Virus record (IMG/VR): IMGVR_UViG_3300031134_000653
DNA length: 63,597 nt
Origin: an uncultured virus (IMG/VR IMGVR_UViG_3300031134_000653)
Lineage: Duplodnaviria > Heunggongvirae > Uroviricota > Caudoviricetes
Direction: 5' to 3' (one strand)
Shown here: positions 46,292 through 55,452 of the stretch, in pieces
Layout of the letters: each line of letters opens with the position of its first letter
How positions within the stretch are numbered: position 1 is the stretch's first letter
Notes under the pieces: model-generated
Databases searched by the model: none
What the model was told of the DNA's origin: nothing
The model's input: the letters and a program-made list of their open reading frames with translations, nothing else
Program-made: the position numbers and the translations under genes

Positions 46292-46960
46292 ATGACCACA
46301 ACGGTTCTTAGCACTGACGGATTCGTCATTGGCACCGAAACTGACTACAGCACCCGCTGCATGGATTGCGGCATGGGCTACAGCGATGAAATCATGGACA
46401 AAATGTGCCAGATTTTCAACCTGAGCAAGACTGTCAACTGCCGTAAATGTGGTAAGACTTACAGCAACATTGCAGAGTTCGAGATTTGGGTCCGTCATGA
46501 TGCAGCCAAGTTCTTCAACGTTGACACTGTTCGCAAGACTCGCTGGTTCCATGCAACTGACAACCCGAACTGGTTCCAAGACATTCTTAGCGGTGGAAAC
46601 GTAAAATCTGACTACTACGGTCAGGGCGATGTGATGGTCCATCTTGGAATCAAGGATTCAGCTCTTGCCCGTGCTGAACAGCGTCATGACGAGTTCATCA
46701 ACTGCTACGGTGTTGAAATTCCTCAGTGGTACCTTTATGAAGTTGAGCTGAAGGATGATGCTGCAATTTTTCCTGAGATGCAGGATGATGAGGATGGTTT
46801 CCCTTCGAACAGTGCCGCTCCTGAAGAAATGTACACTGACGGGTTTGAATGGCATCCTCATGGTGTGACTCGCTATGTGAACGCTTTTGAGCAGCCTGGT
46901 TCGATTAGCCTTCTTGCTAATGCTCATACGTTCAGCTTGATTGCACGACACGAAATCTAA
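46292..46960 (+). CDS. zinc finger plus possible H-type ART-fold domain
   Basis: CMDC/CRKC; WFHAT...VHLG...LYEVEL...YVNAFE; leaderless TTGACA..TAAGCT-6-ATG. Confidence 0.6.
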   Translation: MTTTVLSTDGFVIGTETDYSTRCMDCGMGYSDEIMDKMCQIFNLSKTVNCRKCGKTYSNIAEFEIWVRHDAAKFFNVDTVRKTRWFHATDNPNWFQDILSGGNVKSDYYGQGDVMVHLGIKDSALARAEQRHDEFINCYGVEIPQWYLYEVELKDDAAIFPEMQDDEDGFPSNSAAPEEMYTDGFEWHPHGVTRYVNAFEQPGSISLLANAHTFSLIARHEI

Positions 46961-46962
46961 AA

Positions 46963-46998
46963 AGAAGGCCCCTGACCAATGTTGGTCAGGGGCCTTCT
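46963..46998. terminator. bidirectional hairpin, 17-bp arms
   Basis: AGAAGGCCCCTGACCAA-tg-TTGGTCAGGGGCCTTCT. Confidence 0.85.
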
Positions 46999-47021
46999 CA
47001 TAATGAATTTTTCTATGTCCC

Positions 47022-47309
47022 TTATACTGCAAACTGGTGAGTGCAGTTGTTCTCTCTTGCCGCAACAGCAAGGATAGTCATATCTGAATCCTCAGGCCAG
47101 TCTTTCAGAGTAGCGGTCCTCCATTGCCCTTTCAGGACCAAGTTCATCAGCTCCAAAGCACCACTTTTGAACATGACGAAGTTGTCACTCAGGTCAAAGA
47201 GAATCAAAGTGGCATCCGCCGGCACAGTCTGAGCCACTCGACGTGCACTATTTTTTGTCAGGAAAACAGGCATGCGTAGCACATGCTCAACATCAGCAAA
47301 ATCATTCAT
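47022..47309 (-). CDS. small protein, possibly STAS-like
   Basis: TKNSARRV...ILFDLS...SGALELM. Confidence 0.5.
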   Translation of the reverse strand: MNDFADVEHVLRMPVFLTKNSARRVAQTVPADATLILFDLSDNFVMFKSGALELMNLVLKGQWRTATLKDWPEDSDMTILAVAARENNCTHQFAV

Positions 47310-47716
47310 AGGTTTCTCAAATCTCTCATCTCAGCCCAAGCTTCTTTATCCGCAAGGGAAGCGTTCGGTAATACATGGTAACCATAGTAACGGTAGTTGT
47401 CATTATCCTGAGGGATAACAATATCTCCATATACTTTGTTCATCCGCTCAGCCAAATTAGCGTAGCCTGCAAGGTCTTCTTTGTACTCTGATGGATGGTC
47501 GGCACTGAAAATCAGACCAATTTGATATCGCAAATGGGTGCCATCAGCGAAAGCCTCAGGCTGGGTAACTGCAATAGGGTGAGTGCGAAGAATTTCCTCT
47601 GTAACACTTTCTCTCAGCTGCCAGTGGAGACTGCGTGATTCGACTTCATTAAGGATGTAACCTTCAAGTAATGCCAACTGGGTTGCTTCAGGCAGAAGGT
47701 GGAACTCTTCAGTCAT
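47306..47716 (-). CDS. hypothetical protein
   Basis: Coupled ORF in methyltransferase operon. Confidence 0.7.
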   Translation of the reverse strand: MTEEFHLLPEATQLALLEGYILNEVESRSLHWQLRESVTEEILRTHPIAVTQPEAFADGTHLRYQIGLIFSADHPSEYKEDLAGYANLAERMNKVYGDIVIPQDNDNYRYYGYHVLPNASLADKEAWAEMRDLRNL

Positions 47717-48575
47717 GGTGGACTTTCTTTTTCGCCACGATGAGGCAATTGCTGTTCGGGTAGGGAAGCCTCTTGTTTCCAGCCTGAATGTAAGCTTTCT
47801 CCATCAGGTTAGCAGGATACCCAGTCTGAATGTACTCCTCAGCATGCGTCACTTCGAACCCGTGAGTTTCAAGGAACTGGACATACTCAGTCAGAGTGAA
47901 CAGGCCGTAAAGCTCTTGAGCCTCACGAGGGTAGTTGACTTCGCCCCAAGTGTAAGTGTACAAAAACTCCATTGCCGATTCCATGTCACCGACAAGAATA
48001 TTATCCGTTCCAGCTTTCAGCTGAAGGTCCACTTTTCGTATTCCAGTGCCTCGGAAAGGAATCATGTTCAAGTACTTCTCTGCCAGACGAATCCCCTCTG
48101 GGTCCTTCATCACAATTTCCACCGGCATATCCCAATCAGCAGGCATGATGCCGTCACGGATGATAAGAACTCCATCGTCTTTGAGGACATGTCGGAACTG
48201 GTTGAGGGAGTATTCGACGCTCTCAATTGTGCATTCAGTTCCATCTACGCCTCGACCATACGAGTAAATTTCGTGAATAATGGAGGAGCATGTGATGGAA
48301 TCGAAAACCAGAGGCGGAATCAGCTCGTCAATCTGGTGAGTGTAACCTTCAATGGTCTGAACGCCCAGGTTGGTGGAATGATTCACAGCCTCTCTGGAAC
48401 CGTCAAGGCCTGTCACTTCGTAGCCAGCTTCGTTCAACAGAGCAGCGAATTCACCACCACCTGAACCAATGTCCAGAACCTTACCTTGTTTCAGGTACGG
48501 AACCATGTGGGCTTTGTCTCCGATGGAGGACTTCATACGATTGAAGTACACTTCATCTTGCGTTTCTGCAAGCAT
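47709..48575 (-). CDS. class I SAM-dependent methyltransferase
   Basis: VLDIGSGGG, GLDGS, FDSITCSSIIHE, LKDDGVLIIRD. Confidence 0.9.
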   Translation of the reverse strand: MLAETQDEVYFNRMKSSIGDKAHMVPYLKQGKVLDIGSGGGEFAALLNEAGYEVTGLDGSREAVNHSTNLGVQTIEGYTHQIDELIPPLVFDSITCSSIIHEIYSYGRGVDGTECTIESVEYSLNQFRHVLKDDGVLIIRDGIMPADWDMPVEIVMKDPEGIRLAEKYLNMIPFRGTGIRKVDLQLKAGTDNILVGDMESAMEFLYTYTWGEVNYPREAQELYGLFTLTEYVQFLETHGFEVTHAEEYIQTGYPANLMEKAYIQAGNKRLPYPNSNCLIVAKKKVHHD

Positions 48576-48647
48576 GTGGATGTTTCGGCTTTCTTTCAGT
48601 AGATGAATTAGTTTACACGGTCATCTTACCACAGCAAAAAGCTGGAA

Positions 48648-49301
48648 TCAATCATTCCCAAACAAGATTCGGGTTTTGAAGAGGTCTTCTTTGATTTCTC
48701 CATACACGTTCTGGTAAGGAACCGACTCAGGGTACTCTCGCCAAGCTTTCAGGCATGAGTTAGCTAACTTGCGTACTCTTTCGTCAAAGTTTTTCGCATC
48801 AGTGAAAGTGAAGAACCCCACAGGGCTTCCACTTTTACGTCCATGCCAAGACCAGCTTGAGAAAGATATATGTCGTTGAGGAGTAGCTGTACCCCAACCT
48901 TGACTGCTCCACGAATCACTAAAGTTCCAACCTTGACTCATCATCCAAGAGTAAGTGTCATACCCTACGACATCAGAGGGGACTTCATCTTTGTACTCAT
49001 GTTGCTTAACAGCAAGCGGTTCGTCTTGTTTTGTGATTCCTTCGTAGAAAGAAAGATCACAACTGATTGATACTGGCAAAGCCTGTGAAACAGAACGAAA
49101 CAACGGTAAAAGAGTGCTGTAGTCGTTAAAATGTTGAGCATGACCATCAAGCTGTCTTCTGGTTCGAGACCGACTGAAGTTCGTGCTGACCAGTCGATAC
49201 CAGGACGGGACACCGTTTTTGTCGATTTGAGAACCCAGGGAAGTGCTGAAGCCAGAATCAAGCAACGCTTTTCTGTGTTCATCAATTTTCGGGTATGACA
49301 T
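48648..49301 (-). CDS. hypothetical protein
   Basis: 217-aa ORF. Confidence 0.7.
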   Translation of the reverse strand: MSYPKIDEHRKALLDSGFSTSLGSQIDKNGVPSWYRLVSTNFSRSRTRRQLDGHAQHFNDYSTLLPLFRSVSQALPVSISCDLSFYEGITKQDEPLAVKQHEYKDEVPSDVVGYDTYSWMMSQGWNFSDSWSSQGWGTATPQRHISFSSWSWHGRKSGSPVGFFTFTDAKNFDERVRKLANSCLKAWREYPESVPYQNVYGEIKEDLFKTRILFGND

Positions 49302-49366
49302 AAATGGGTCTTCCGTAGGTGGAAACCCAGTTTAGCACAGAACTATCCCTGCTACAGGTTTAGAAC

Positions 49367-49852
49367 TTACGACCAGACAACCGTAAGACCCTCTGAGAGG
49401 GCATAGGAGCCAATCTGACGCAACACGGTCAGCTTTTCTTCCAGGTACCCTTCTTCCCGACCGCCGTACGTTACAGAGCCGTCAGTGAAAGGAAGCATTC
49501 CTGCATCAGCTGGAGCAATGGCTTCTGCAAGGAGGACACGACCAAGGAATGCTTCAGCTTCCATGCTGCCACAAATGCGAGTGTCATCTTCCATGATGCC
49601 CAAAGCGTCCAACACATGAGCTGCGTTGAAGTTGCTCATGTTGAGGCTCAGGTCTTCACCGTCAATAGCTTCAATGCGTGCAGGGTAAGCACGGCAGAAC
49701 TCGTCTTCGCAAGTTGAAGGGAACAGTGGGTGAGCAGTGACAGACTCCTGGTAGTTGTCGAAGACTCCTGACAGAGTGGTCATCCCACAGCTGCAGACAA
49801 GCTGGAACTGATACGCATCAGCTTTCTGTTCAACAGCAAAGGTGATAGACAA
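49367..49852 (-). CDS. hypothetical protein
   Basis: NMSNFNA..VLDALG...FLGRVLLA...GGREEGYL; TTG start after GGGAG. Confidence 0.75.
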   Translation of the reverse strand: MSITFAVEQKADAYQFQLVCSCGMTTLSGVFDNYQESVTAHPLFPSTCEDEFCRAYPARIEAIDGEDLSLNMSNFNAAHVLDALGIMEDDTRICGSMEAEAFLGRVLLAEAIAPADAGMLPFTDGSVTYGGREEGYLEEKLTVLRQIGSYALSEGLTVVWS

Positions 49853-49857
49853 GTGAT

Positions 49858-50025
49858 TTAGCTCCCGTAAGTAAGGATAAGGCTGCGACGAGCGTCGAAC
49901 TCATGGTTCAGTGTCTGCCTTTTGATGGAAAGGTCACGGAAAGAAATTTTCTTGCCGTTCAGTTTAGCAAGCTTAGCATAATATGCCCGACCCAGTTCGT
50001 CCAATGTGGTAATTGTGTCAAACAT
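49858..50025 (-). CDS. 55-aa basic protein
   Basis: Not in track. MFDTITTLDELGRAYYAKL...LTYGS; GAGGGA RBS. Confidence 0.6.
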   Translation of the reverse strand: MFDTITTLDELGRAYYAKLAKLNGKKISFRDLSIKRQTLNHEFDARRSLILTYGS

Positions 50026-50201
50026 TTTTCTTTCCCTCTCTTAGCTCTTACGTACATAATACACTAACGGGTTCTGGCAAAACAAGAGCCCAGCTAAACA
50101 AATACGTCCATTTAAAATGAGTAGATTCCTAAGCTTGAAAAAGCTGGTAGAACAACTGACAAAAACTGAATGTTTTGCCCCAAATACCCGATAATGAAGA
50201 T

Positions 50202-50387
50202 ATGAAAACGATGAAGTTACCTTCTGAATCAGGCACCCCACTTGTTCTGTCAGACAGAATGAACAAAGTGGCTATTGCCGCCGCCTGCACTGCTGTTTTA
50301 GGGATGGCAGTGTTAGGTGGATGCGTTGCTGTAACTGCAGGAGAGATTCCTGCACCAGTGGACTCTTCCACCTCTCAAGCTGAGTAA
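50202..50387 (+). CDS. small membrane protein or lipoprotein
   Basis: Hydrophobic stretch ending LGGC; CCGATA 8 nt before ATG. Confidence 0.55.
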   Translation: MKTMKLPSESGTPLVLSDRMNKVAIAAACTAVLGMAVLGGCVAVTAGEIPAPVDSSTSQAE

Positions 50388-50428
50388 AAAGCTTGCATTA
50401 CCATCATTAAGTATGGTAAAATTATCGA

Positions 50429-50881
50429 ATGCACAATTCTACGTATTCTGAAGATGGCCAGAACATTGTTTCCCCTGGGGCTTTCTCATCTGAAACTCCT
50501 GATAAGTTTCCTGTTGAACTTCTTGATGCGATCCTCGACAGTAAGGTCAGCACCTACCGTTTGAAAGATGCTCTGTCTTTCCGTCGCATCACACGTAATG
50601 CAACTTCTGAATGGGTAAAAGTCGCTGACCTTGTGGATGTTGACCTGCGAGGTAAGTCTGTGTACATCTACTTTGGAAACTGGGAAGACTCCGAATGGAT
50701 GTTCTCTGACGGGATTGCTTCCGTGGTGGAGGAAGGTAGCGACGAATATGGTCAGCCTAACTATGTATTCAAAAGCATTGACCGTTCAGAAGGTCATAAC
50801 TATTACCCCTTGGACAGCATCAGCTGGGGTCCAAATGAGAAAGCTCTCATCGTTACCCCGAATGAAGAGGTTAGCTCATGA
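50429..50881 (+). CDS. hypothetical protein, paralogue family E
   Basis: LVDVDLRGKSVYIYFGNW. Confidence 0.75.
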   Translation: MHNSTYSEDGQNIVSPGAFSSETPDKFPVELLDAILDSKVSTYRLKDALSFRRITRNATSEWVKVADLVDVDLRGKSVYIYFGNWEDSEWMFSDGIASVVEEGSDEYGQPNYVFKSIDRSEGHNYYPLDSISWGPNEKALIVTPNEEVSS

Positions 50882-51288
50882 CTTTAACCTCTCTCCCAAC
50901 AGGGGTACCTACTGAAATTCCTTTGTCTTTTGACATGCAGGAAAGCGAAACGTACGGTTGGTCTGAACGAATTCCTGAACAGCTGAACGGAAAACGGCTG
51001 AAACAAGTTCAAAAATTCTCTCTCTTTGAACTTGTTAACGTTGACCTTTCCAAAACGCATTGTGTCATCCTGTTCGACTATGGATGGGATGACCCTTCAG
51101 TATGGTTGGAGTCTTCTCATGTCAAGACGGTTGAACAGTTGCCATTTTACGACCAGGATGACTCTCGTTATCCGAGGTATAGGTTCATCACAGAGGCTCA
51201 CCAAAATGAACATTATGATGAGCTAACTCAGAATTACACTTTCTCCGGCAGCAAAGATGTCTTCGTTGCCGTATACAAACAGAGGTAA
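50878..51288 (+). CDS. hypothetical protein, paralogue family E
   Basis: LVNVDLSKTHCVILFDYGW. Confidence 0.75.
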   Translation: MTLTSLPTGVPTEIPLSFDMQESETYGWSERIPEQLNGKRLKQVQKFSLFELVNVDLSKTHCVILFDYGWDDPSVWLESSHVKTVEQLPFYDQDDSRYPRYRFITEAHQNEHYDELTQNYTFSGSKDVFVAVYKQR

Positions 51289-51295
51289 AAAATAT

Positions 51296-51904
51296 ATGAA
51301 CTATGAAGAGCAACTTGCTTACGGTCAGCTGCAGCGTGAAACTGAGCTGGTGCTTCGTACACTTGTCGGAAAAATGTGGGGCAACGGTGGAATCCGTTTT
51401 GACACAGACACCCTCGACCTGGCTGACCCGAATGACCGTTCCACTTTGACTTGGCTTGCCCGCATTACAGCTGGCTATGTCCTGGCTGAGCGTGACGCAT
51501 GGAGTCCTCAGGTCGAGACTATGATTCACACAATCGATAAGAAGAATCAGCGGACAGCGACACTTGACTCGTTGCTTGAACAAATTCGTGACCTAGCAAA
51601 AGCTGATGTAGTTGATGTTGATGAGCTGAAGAAGCTTGCTGGTAGTTACCGTAACCCTATGGAAAATTACTACGATGAGATGCGTGAAAAGCGTGAGCGT
51701 AACAAGTTTCTGAATGGCTGGGCTGAAGAAATTAAGGCTCGTCCGGAGAACGCAGCCGTTGAGACGGAAGTAGAAGCAACACCTGACCCTGATGCGGTGG
51801 AGGAAAATATTGCTGCTGCAGCTGCTTTTACTAAGTCATGGAGCGATGATTGGGGTAATGATGAAGATTACCAAGAACGTTCTGAAGGTACTCCTGAACA
51901 GTAA
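51296..51904 (+). CDS. hypothetical protein
   Basis: GAGG RBS, acidic tail. Confidence 0.75.
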   Translation: MNYEEQLAYGQLQRETELVLRTLVGKMWGNGGIRFDTDTLDLADPNDRSTLTWLARITAGYVLAERDAWSPQVETMIHTIDKKNQRTATLDSLLEQIRDLAKADVVDVDELKKLAGSYRNPMENYYDEMREKRERNKFLNGWAEEIKARPENAAVETEVEATPDPDAVEENIAAAAAFTKSWSDDWGNDEDYQERSEGTPEQ

Positions 51905-51908
51905 ATTC

Positions 51909-51961
51909 GGTTAAATAGTTGTACCCCTGAAAGTGGATTTCAGGGGTACAACTATTTAACC
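51909..51961. terminator. bidirectional hairpin, 24-bp arms
   Basis: GGTTAAATAGTTGTACCCCTGAAA-gtgga-TTTCAGGGGTACAACTATTTAACC. Confidence 0.85.
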
Positions 51962-51967
51962 TGGGAA

Positions 51968-52657
51968 TCAACCACCCAGCAGGCTGGTGACACCAAAGTT
52001 GTTGTTCGACTGTGTGGTTTGTGTGACAACAGATGGAACGCGGGACTGCGTAATGACATCTCCAGGTCCTTGGACATCGACAACCAAACCTTCTTTGCTC
52101 TTCATACTGTTCAACCATCCGCCGGCTTTACGGGTCCGCATCTGAACTGTTGACTCCCAGCCAACAAGGTGACCTGTGTCAATTGTGAGGCCTTCACCTG
52201 GCTTGAGAGAAATAACGTCCAAAGCACCGTAACTGGAGCCAATCAAAGTTCCTGTACCGCGAGCTCGAAGAACAACAAGTCCTTCACCCGCGAACAAACC
52301 ACTAATGGAAGCATCAGGCTTGATTTCAATGTTTCCGTCATTAGCCAGCCACGAACCTTTGGTAAGAACAAAGTCAGTGCTGGAGTCAATACCGATGGCA
52401 AACACATCACCAACCATTTCAGGGATGATATCCACCCAGCCGCCGGACTGAGGTGCGGTGAAAGTCGTGATGTGGAAGTTCTCGCCACCTACCATACGTC
52501 CAAGGCTTTTGAGAAGACCACCATCTGCTTTGGCTGAGATGTTCATCCCTAAGCTTTGAGCCATCATACTTCCAGGCTGCGCTTTGATTGATTCGTTAGG
52601 TGCCAGCGTACACCGAGCTACAGCGTAAGCTGGGGAATGTCTGATTTCTACCTGCAT
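51968..52657 (-). CDS. AIM24 / TIGR00266 family protein
   Basis: ESIKAQPGSM, GGENF, FAGEGL, IDTGHLVGW, GPGDVITQSR. Confidence 0.9.
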   Translation of the reverse strand: MQVEIRHSPAYAVARCTLAPNESIKAQPGSMMAQSLGMNISAKADGGLLKSLGRMVGGENFHITTFTAPQSGGWVDIIPEMVGDVFAIGIDSSTDFVLTKGSWLANDGNIEIKPDASISGLFAGEGLVVLRARGTGTLIGSSYGALDVISLKPGEGLTIDTGHLVGWESTVQMRTRKAGGWLNSMKSKEGLVVDVQGPGDVITQSRVPSVVTQTTQSNNNFGVTSLLGG

Positions 52658-52660
52658 AAT

Positions 52661-53365
52661 TCAGTCCTTGTCGCTCTCGTTTGTTGCGTTATCGGTTATT
52701 TTGTCCAGGAGGTTGTACTCCTTCTGGAAAGAAGTCAAAGCTTCACGAAACTCCACAATCGAATCGAAAGCAGATTTCTCTTCAGCTTTATGCCATGTCC
52801 CAGCGGCATGGTTTTCGTTCATATAAACACGCGATTCATTTCCGATGAGCATAAGAGCAGTTGTTGAGACAATCCATTCTTCTGGAGTCTCCTGACCGTA
52901 AACAAAGCTGAAGCTCACTGCTGTCTTAATACGAGCCTCATCATATTCAGTAGATGTGGTGATATGGTCAAGTAACCAAGCGTGAGCCTTTTGACCCCAG
53001 ACAGCTCGTTCAGCCTTATACTGCTTTTCTGGAGCAAGCTTCCAGTAGAAGATGTCTTCGTACTCATGCCAGGAACGAAGGTCATGTTCCCATCCGAAAA
53101 GGTCAAGCTTGTCGGCAAATTCTTTTCCTGACACAACTACAAGATGGGTGTGAGGGTCTCCGTAAACATCTCCGGGGAGCTCCCACACAAAATCGTCACG
53201 CTCCCACTGACCAGTCTTTCGCAAAGGCTGATCTTTATCAGGGATCAAAGCATACACAATGTCTTCATCTTTGTGGAAGAACGGAAGATTGTAAGTGTAG
53301 CTTCCCTGGTTTCCATATTGGCCTCCACGCATACCGTAGAGCTTCAAGTTTTTTGTATCGTCCAT
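52661..53365 (-). CDS. hypothetical protein, paralogue family F
   Basis: LKLYG...PFF...ERDDFVW...YGDP...FYWK. Confidence 0.8.
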   Translation of the reverse strand: MDDTKNLKLYGMRGGQYGNQGSYTYNLPFFHKDEDIVYALIPDKDQPLRKTGQWERDDFVWELPGDVYGDPHTHLVVVSGKEFADKLDLFGWEHDLRSWHEYEDIFYWKLAPEKQYKAERAVWGQKAHAWLLDHITTSTEYDEARIKTAVSFSFVYGQETPEEWIVSTTALMLIGNESRVYMNENHAAGTWHKAEEKSAFDSIVEFREALTSFQKEYNLLDKITDNATNESDKD

Positions 53366-53431
53366 GTGTCTATGCTACCAGGCTTTACTTGGTGAGAACA
53401 GAAGAAGCAATTACAAGAAGTGGGTCATGTC

Positions 53432-54103
53432 TCATCTACTCTGTACTACTGAGTGTTCTTCCTTAAAAGCTTTCAAAGCTTTACGAAGACTGTATTTTGA
53501 AGTGAAAGCTGCAGTTTCGTCCTTGGTTAAAAACTTCCCTGTTGCGTAGCCTTCATAAGTTGACGTTAGACCAGACCCAATTAAGTTCAAAGCCGTAATA
53601 GAAGCAACCCATTCTTGAGCAGATTGTGACCCGTACACAAAAATGATACCAACTGCTACATTGACAGCATCTTCATCCAGAGGTTCAGAAGAATTTATAC
53701 GTTCCAGCAACCAACGGCAAACTTGAGGCGCCCAAGTTGCTCTTTCTGCGTCAAATGCTTCTTTGGAAACCATTTTCCAGTAAAACTTTTCAGCTATAGG
53801 GTTCCATGAACGAATGCTGTGAAAGATTCCCAGCAAATCCAGCTGCTGAGCGAATTCTTCTCCGGCAAGAACAACAACATCCGAGGAGGGGTCTCCATAG
53901 GTTTCTGGCTCAACTGGCCAAACAAAATCTGTTCTTTCCCGATCCGTTATGAACCTTAGGTCGGAGCTTACGTCAGCTGTTGTTTTGTAAACAAGCTGTG
54001 CACCTTGCTGGAAGAAAGGAATAACCTTGCTGTAGTATTGTTCGTTGCCCCATTGATCTGCAGGGATACCATACAGTTTTAGCTGTTCTGCATTTTTGCT
54101 CAT
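53432..54103 (-). CDS. hypothetical protein, paralogue family F
   Basis: LKLYG...PFF...ERTDFVW...YGDP...FYWK. Confidence 0.8.
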   Translation of the reverse strand: MSKNAEQLKLYGIPADQWGNEQYYSKVIPFFQQGAQLVYKTTADVSSDLRFITDRERTDFVWPVEPETYGDPSSDVVVLAGEEFAQQLDLLGIFHSIRSWNPIAEKFYWKMVSKEAFDAERATWAPQVCRWLLERINSSEPLDEDAVNVAVGIIFVYGSQSAQEWVASITALNLIGSGLTSTYEGYATGKFLTKDETAAFTSKYSLRKALKAFKEEHSVVQSR

Positions 54104-54183
54104 AAGATCAGAATATCAGTCTTTGTAGAAGACAAGAGAAAAGGACTGAAAGATTCATTCCCTTTCAGTCCTTTTCCAAGAGC

Positions 54184-54492
54184 CTACGCGAGGATTCCGC
54201 GTTTGTTGAGTGTCTGCAGAAGAGACGCTGCTGCCCATCGACGTGTCAAGTTCAGCTTATCGAAATGGTAGTTCTTGAAGCTCTCATTCTTCTCCACCCA
54301 AATCCAATCACGGATTCCACCGACACTGTTCTTCACTCGTCCAATCGCCCCGACAACTGCTCCGTTGACGATGACTTTGTACGCTACGCGGACTTCTTCG
54401 CTGTCTGCGATGATGCGTTTGAACTGCACGTTCTTCCAGTTGATACGGTCAGGAAGGCTGGATGGCTTGTGGTTCTCTTTGAATATGTTCAT
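54184..54492 (-). CDS. hypothetical protein
   Basis: AAGGAG RBS; CCGATA at 54518-54523. Confidence 0.75.
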   Translation of the reverse strand: MNIFKENHKPSSLPDRINWKNVQFKRIIADSEEVRVAYKVIVNGAVVGAIGRVKNSVGGIRDWIWVEKNESFKNYHFDKLNLTRRWAAASLLQTLNKRGILA

Positions 54493-54587
54493 GGCTATCT
54501 CCTTGTATATGGCTAATTATCGGTGCAAGCAGAATGCGGGCTGGAAAGATTTGGTGTCTTTCCAACCCGCATTCTGTGAAGTTTTTG

Positions 54588-55076
54588 TTACTGCTGGTGC
54601 TGAACCTGCTCGTACTGGAGGGGCTGCGTAGCCTGCTGCTGCATGAACTCCTGCTCAATCTCCTCAGCCGTGTCGAACGAATCAACAGGGATGACAGCCT
54701 GACCAGTCACCGCAGCCTGCTGAATGGCAGCCTGCATTGCAGCACGCTGAGCAATCAGCTTCTTGCGGACCCGAAGGACCTCACGGATGAAGACAGCGGC
54801 AGGAACAACCGCCCAGATGACGAACGCCGTGAAAATCGTCCAGTTGCTCTGAGCCAGAGCCGTGGTGTGGATGGTGAGGTAGGTGAACGTGAAAGCCGCG
54901 ACCCACAGGAAGCCGACAGCAATCTGAGCGAGGAAGGTCTTCCAAACCGTACCCCAGAGGACGGCAAGGACAGCCTTACCAGTCTGAGCCATGGGAGCCA
55001 CGATGGGCTTCAGCGTCTCACGGTTCTGGTAAGCAGCACCGACCGCCGAGGTGACAATCTTAGTGGGGAAAGGCAT
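54588..55076 (-). CDS. membrane protein with Gln-rich tail
   Basis: 2-3 TM, GC3-rich codons. Confidence 0.75.
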   Translation of the reverse strand: MPFPTKIVTSAVGAAYQNRETLKPIVAPMAQTGKAVLAVLWGTVWKTFLAQIAVGFLWVAAFTFTYLTIHTTALAQSNWTIFTAFVIWAVVPAAVFIREVLRVRKKLIAQRAAMQAAIQQAAVTGQAVIPVDSFDTAEEIEQEFMQQQATQPLQYEQVQHQQ

Positions 55077-55150
55077 TGGTTTCTCTTCTCTCTTGTTCAA
55101 CCGATGATGTAACATCAGCTTATCAAAGGAAAATCACCAGCGCAACCTAT

Positions 55151-55402
55151 TCAGGCAGAAAGGGGAAAGAAAATTGAAACTTTCTTCTGTAGAGCGGTTT
55201 CAGTTTCGTCCGTTCCATAGAAAACAGCCTGGTTCTGAGCTGCCGGGTCAATGACAGCTACACCCACGATGTCATTGTCATCCCTCAAAACAAGTACGTT
55301 GTTCTTAGGGAACACATTCGATGCTACAGAGAACAGAGCTGTAATTTTGCTCCTTGTTGGTGTTGACATCTCATCAGGGCTGTACAAAGTGTAAGACTTC
55401 AT
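55151..55402 (-). CDS. small hypothetical protein
   Basis: ORF. Confidence 0.6.
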   Translation of the reverse strand: MKSYTLYSPDEMSTPTRSKITALFSVASNVFPKNNVLVLRDDNDIVGVAVIDPAAQNQAVFYGTDETETALQKKVSIFFPLSA

Positions 55403-55452
55403 AATACTTTATCTCTATCAATCAGGCTGGTGACAGCAAACGGAGTGTTCTG

